A stretch of 64,000 bases of DNA from Nemertoderma westbladi (taxonomy: Eukaryota > Animalia > Xenacoelomorpha), in the NCBI GenBank assembly GCA_032718475.1, contig JAUCBJ010002182.1, positions 19,220 through 83,219 of the forward strand. Direction: 5' to 3'. A program made the position numbers and the translations under genes. The notes under the pieces are model-generated. The model had not been told where the DNA came from. It saw nothing but the letters and a program-made list of their open reading frames with translations, and ran no database searches. The first letter of the stretch is position 1; every line of letters begins with the position of its first letter. Shown in pieces: positions 63,001-64,000 of this stretch.

Positions 63001-64000
63001 GGTAACTCCACGGCCCATCCTTTCTCGACATACTTCCTTATCGTCTTATGGATGTACTCATCCTTCTTGGGGCTCCGCTTCAGCGTTTGCTTCAGTTTAC
63101 GAAGCCTCGTGAGTACCATTCCCTTGTTCTCCGGTAGCGGTAATTTTGGTTGTTTCCACACCATGCCTATGGTGTACCGCCCCTCGTCGCATCTCATCGA
63201 CTCCTTCACACTTTGTATCGCTTGTTTATCCTCTACCGAGGTTCCGACCCCGGTCTCCTTTAGTCCCTCAAAGTCCTGTCTGAGCAGTCTCCTGAGCTGC
63301 TCCTCCGCTCCTTCATCTTCCATCTCCCTCATAGTTCCCGCGAACATGCACCCTGATGTCTCCGACATCCTAAACGGAATCTTGGTTCTTAATTGGGCCG
63401 CTTAGCGTCCACCCGAATGGTGTTAAAATTGCCATCGGGTCACGCTGTCTGTCTTCGCCGAAGACTGTCTGCATTCTCTCGTGGGCCGTCGGGCAGTCCA
63501 TTCCCACTATAATGGATACCTTCCTAACGTCCACCTCTGGTATCGAGAAATCGATGCTGTCCAGGAATCTGTATTGTTCGACCTCGATGTTGGTTGGTCG
63601 CCTGGCGTTGATATTGATCGATTCTATTACCTGGATGGGGTCGATGGTCGCCCCATAATCGCATCCCGGTGCTATCGCTGCTATCCGCACCATCCCGTCC
63701 TCATCTCCAGGACCTCATCTTTGCTGGAGATGGTTGTTACCGCCATCCTACTTGGCCTCGTCTTTAGTCCTATCTCTTCGGCCACCCAATTCTCCACCAA
63801 TGTGAAGGCTGCTCCACTGTCGACCAGCATCAGCGTGGTTACTGATCGACCGCCTTCTCCGATCACCCTCACTGGTACTACCCCGAGTAGTACCGTTCCT
63901 CTTTTCTTCGCCCCTACGGTGCTTGTCGCCATTGTCTGCCCTTTGCCTTGACCGAACTTAATTGGTGTTTCTTTGCATTGATCAGCTCTGTGTCCGCCCG
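60002..64000 (-). mobile_element. BEL/Pao LTR retrotransposon pol (PR-RT-RNase H-IN), several frameshifts; continues past the window end
   Basis: PR: LVDSGA. RT: YYLPLH, KLRMVVDAS, CLNDYLLEGP, CDIEGMF, FYVDD. Connection: TKRGYVSYIARIYDPLG. RNase H: LHMFSDAS..AYG, PKLEL, WTDS, NPADLLSRG. IN: CQTC, GVDMFGP, TDNGTNFVGA. C-terminal WRRWVEEYLPTL...WRLARV. Confidence 0.95.

Overview
This is eukaryotic (apparently invertebrate) genomic DNA. Seven small + strand exons (6930-52597, 1254 nt, all GT-AG and phase-consistent) encode the FH1 and most of the FH2 domain of a DAAM-type formin; the gene starts before the window and continues after it. Its introns are inflated by at least ten unrelated minisatellite arrays. 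Several arrays sit at or next to splice sites, and some are tandem amplifications of the exon-intron junction itself, creating tens to more than 100 decoy donors or acceptors. One intron holds an intact, intronless cytosolic aspartate aminotransferase (GOT1-like) gene on the same strand. Mobile DNA includes three larger non-LTR retrotransposon copies, two small LINE fragments, SINE-like pieces, a hAT-like non-autonomous element and a 2.2-kb foldback element. There is also a degraded BEL/Pao LTR retrotransposon on the minus strand, followed by an extra ORF with DEDDy (WRN/EXD/RNase D-like) 3'-5' exonuclease motifs in the position env would occupy. Nearly all very long ORFs in the track are satellite artefacts. 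Copy numbers are estimates from array length divided by unit length.
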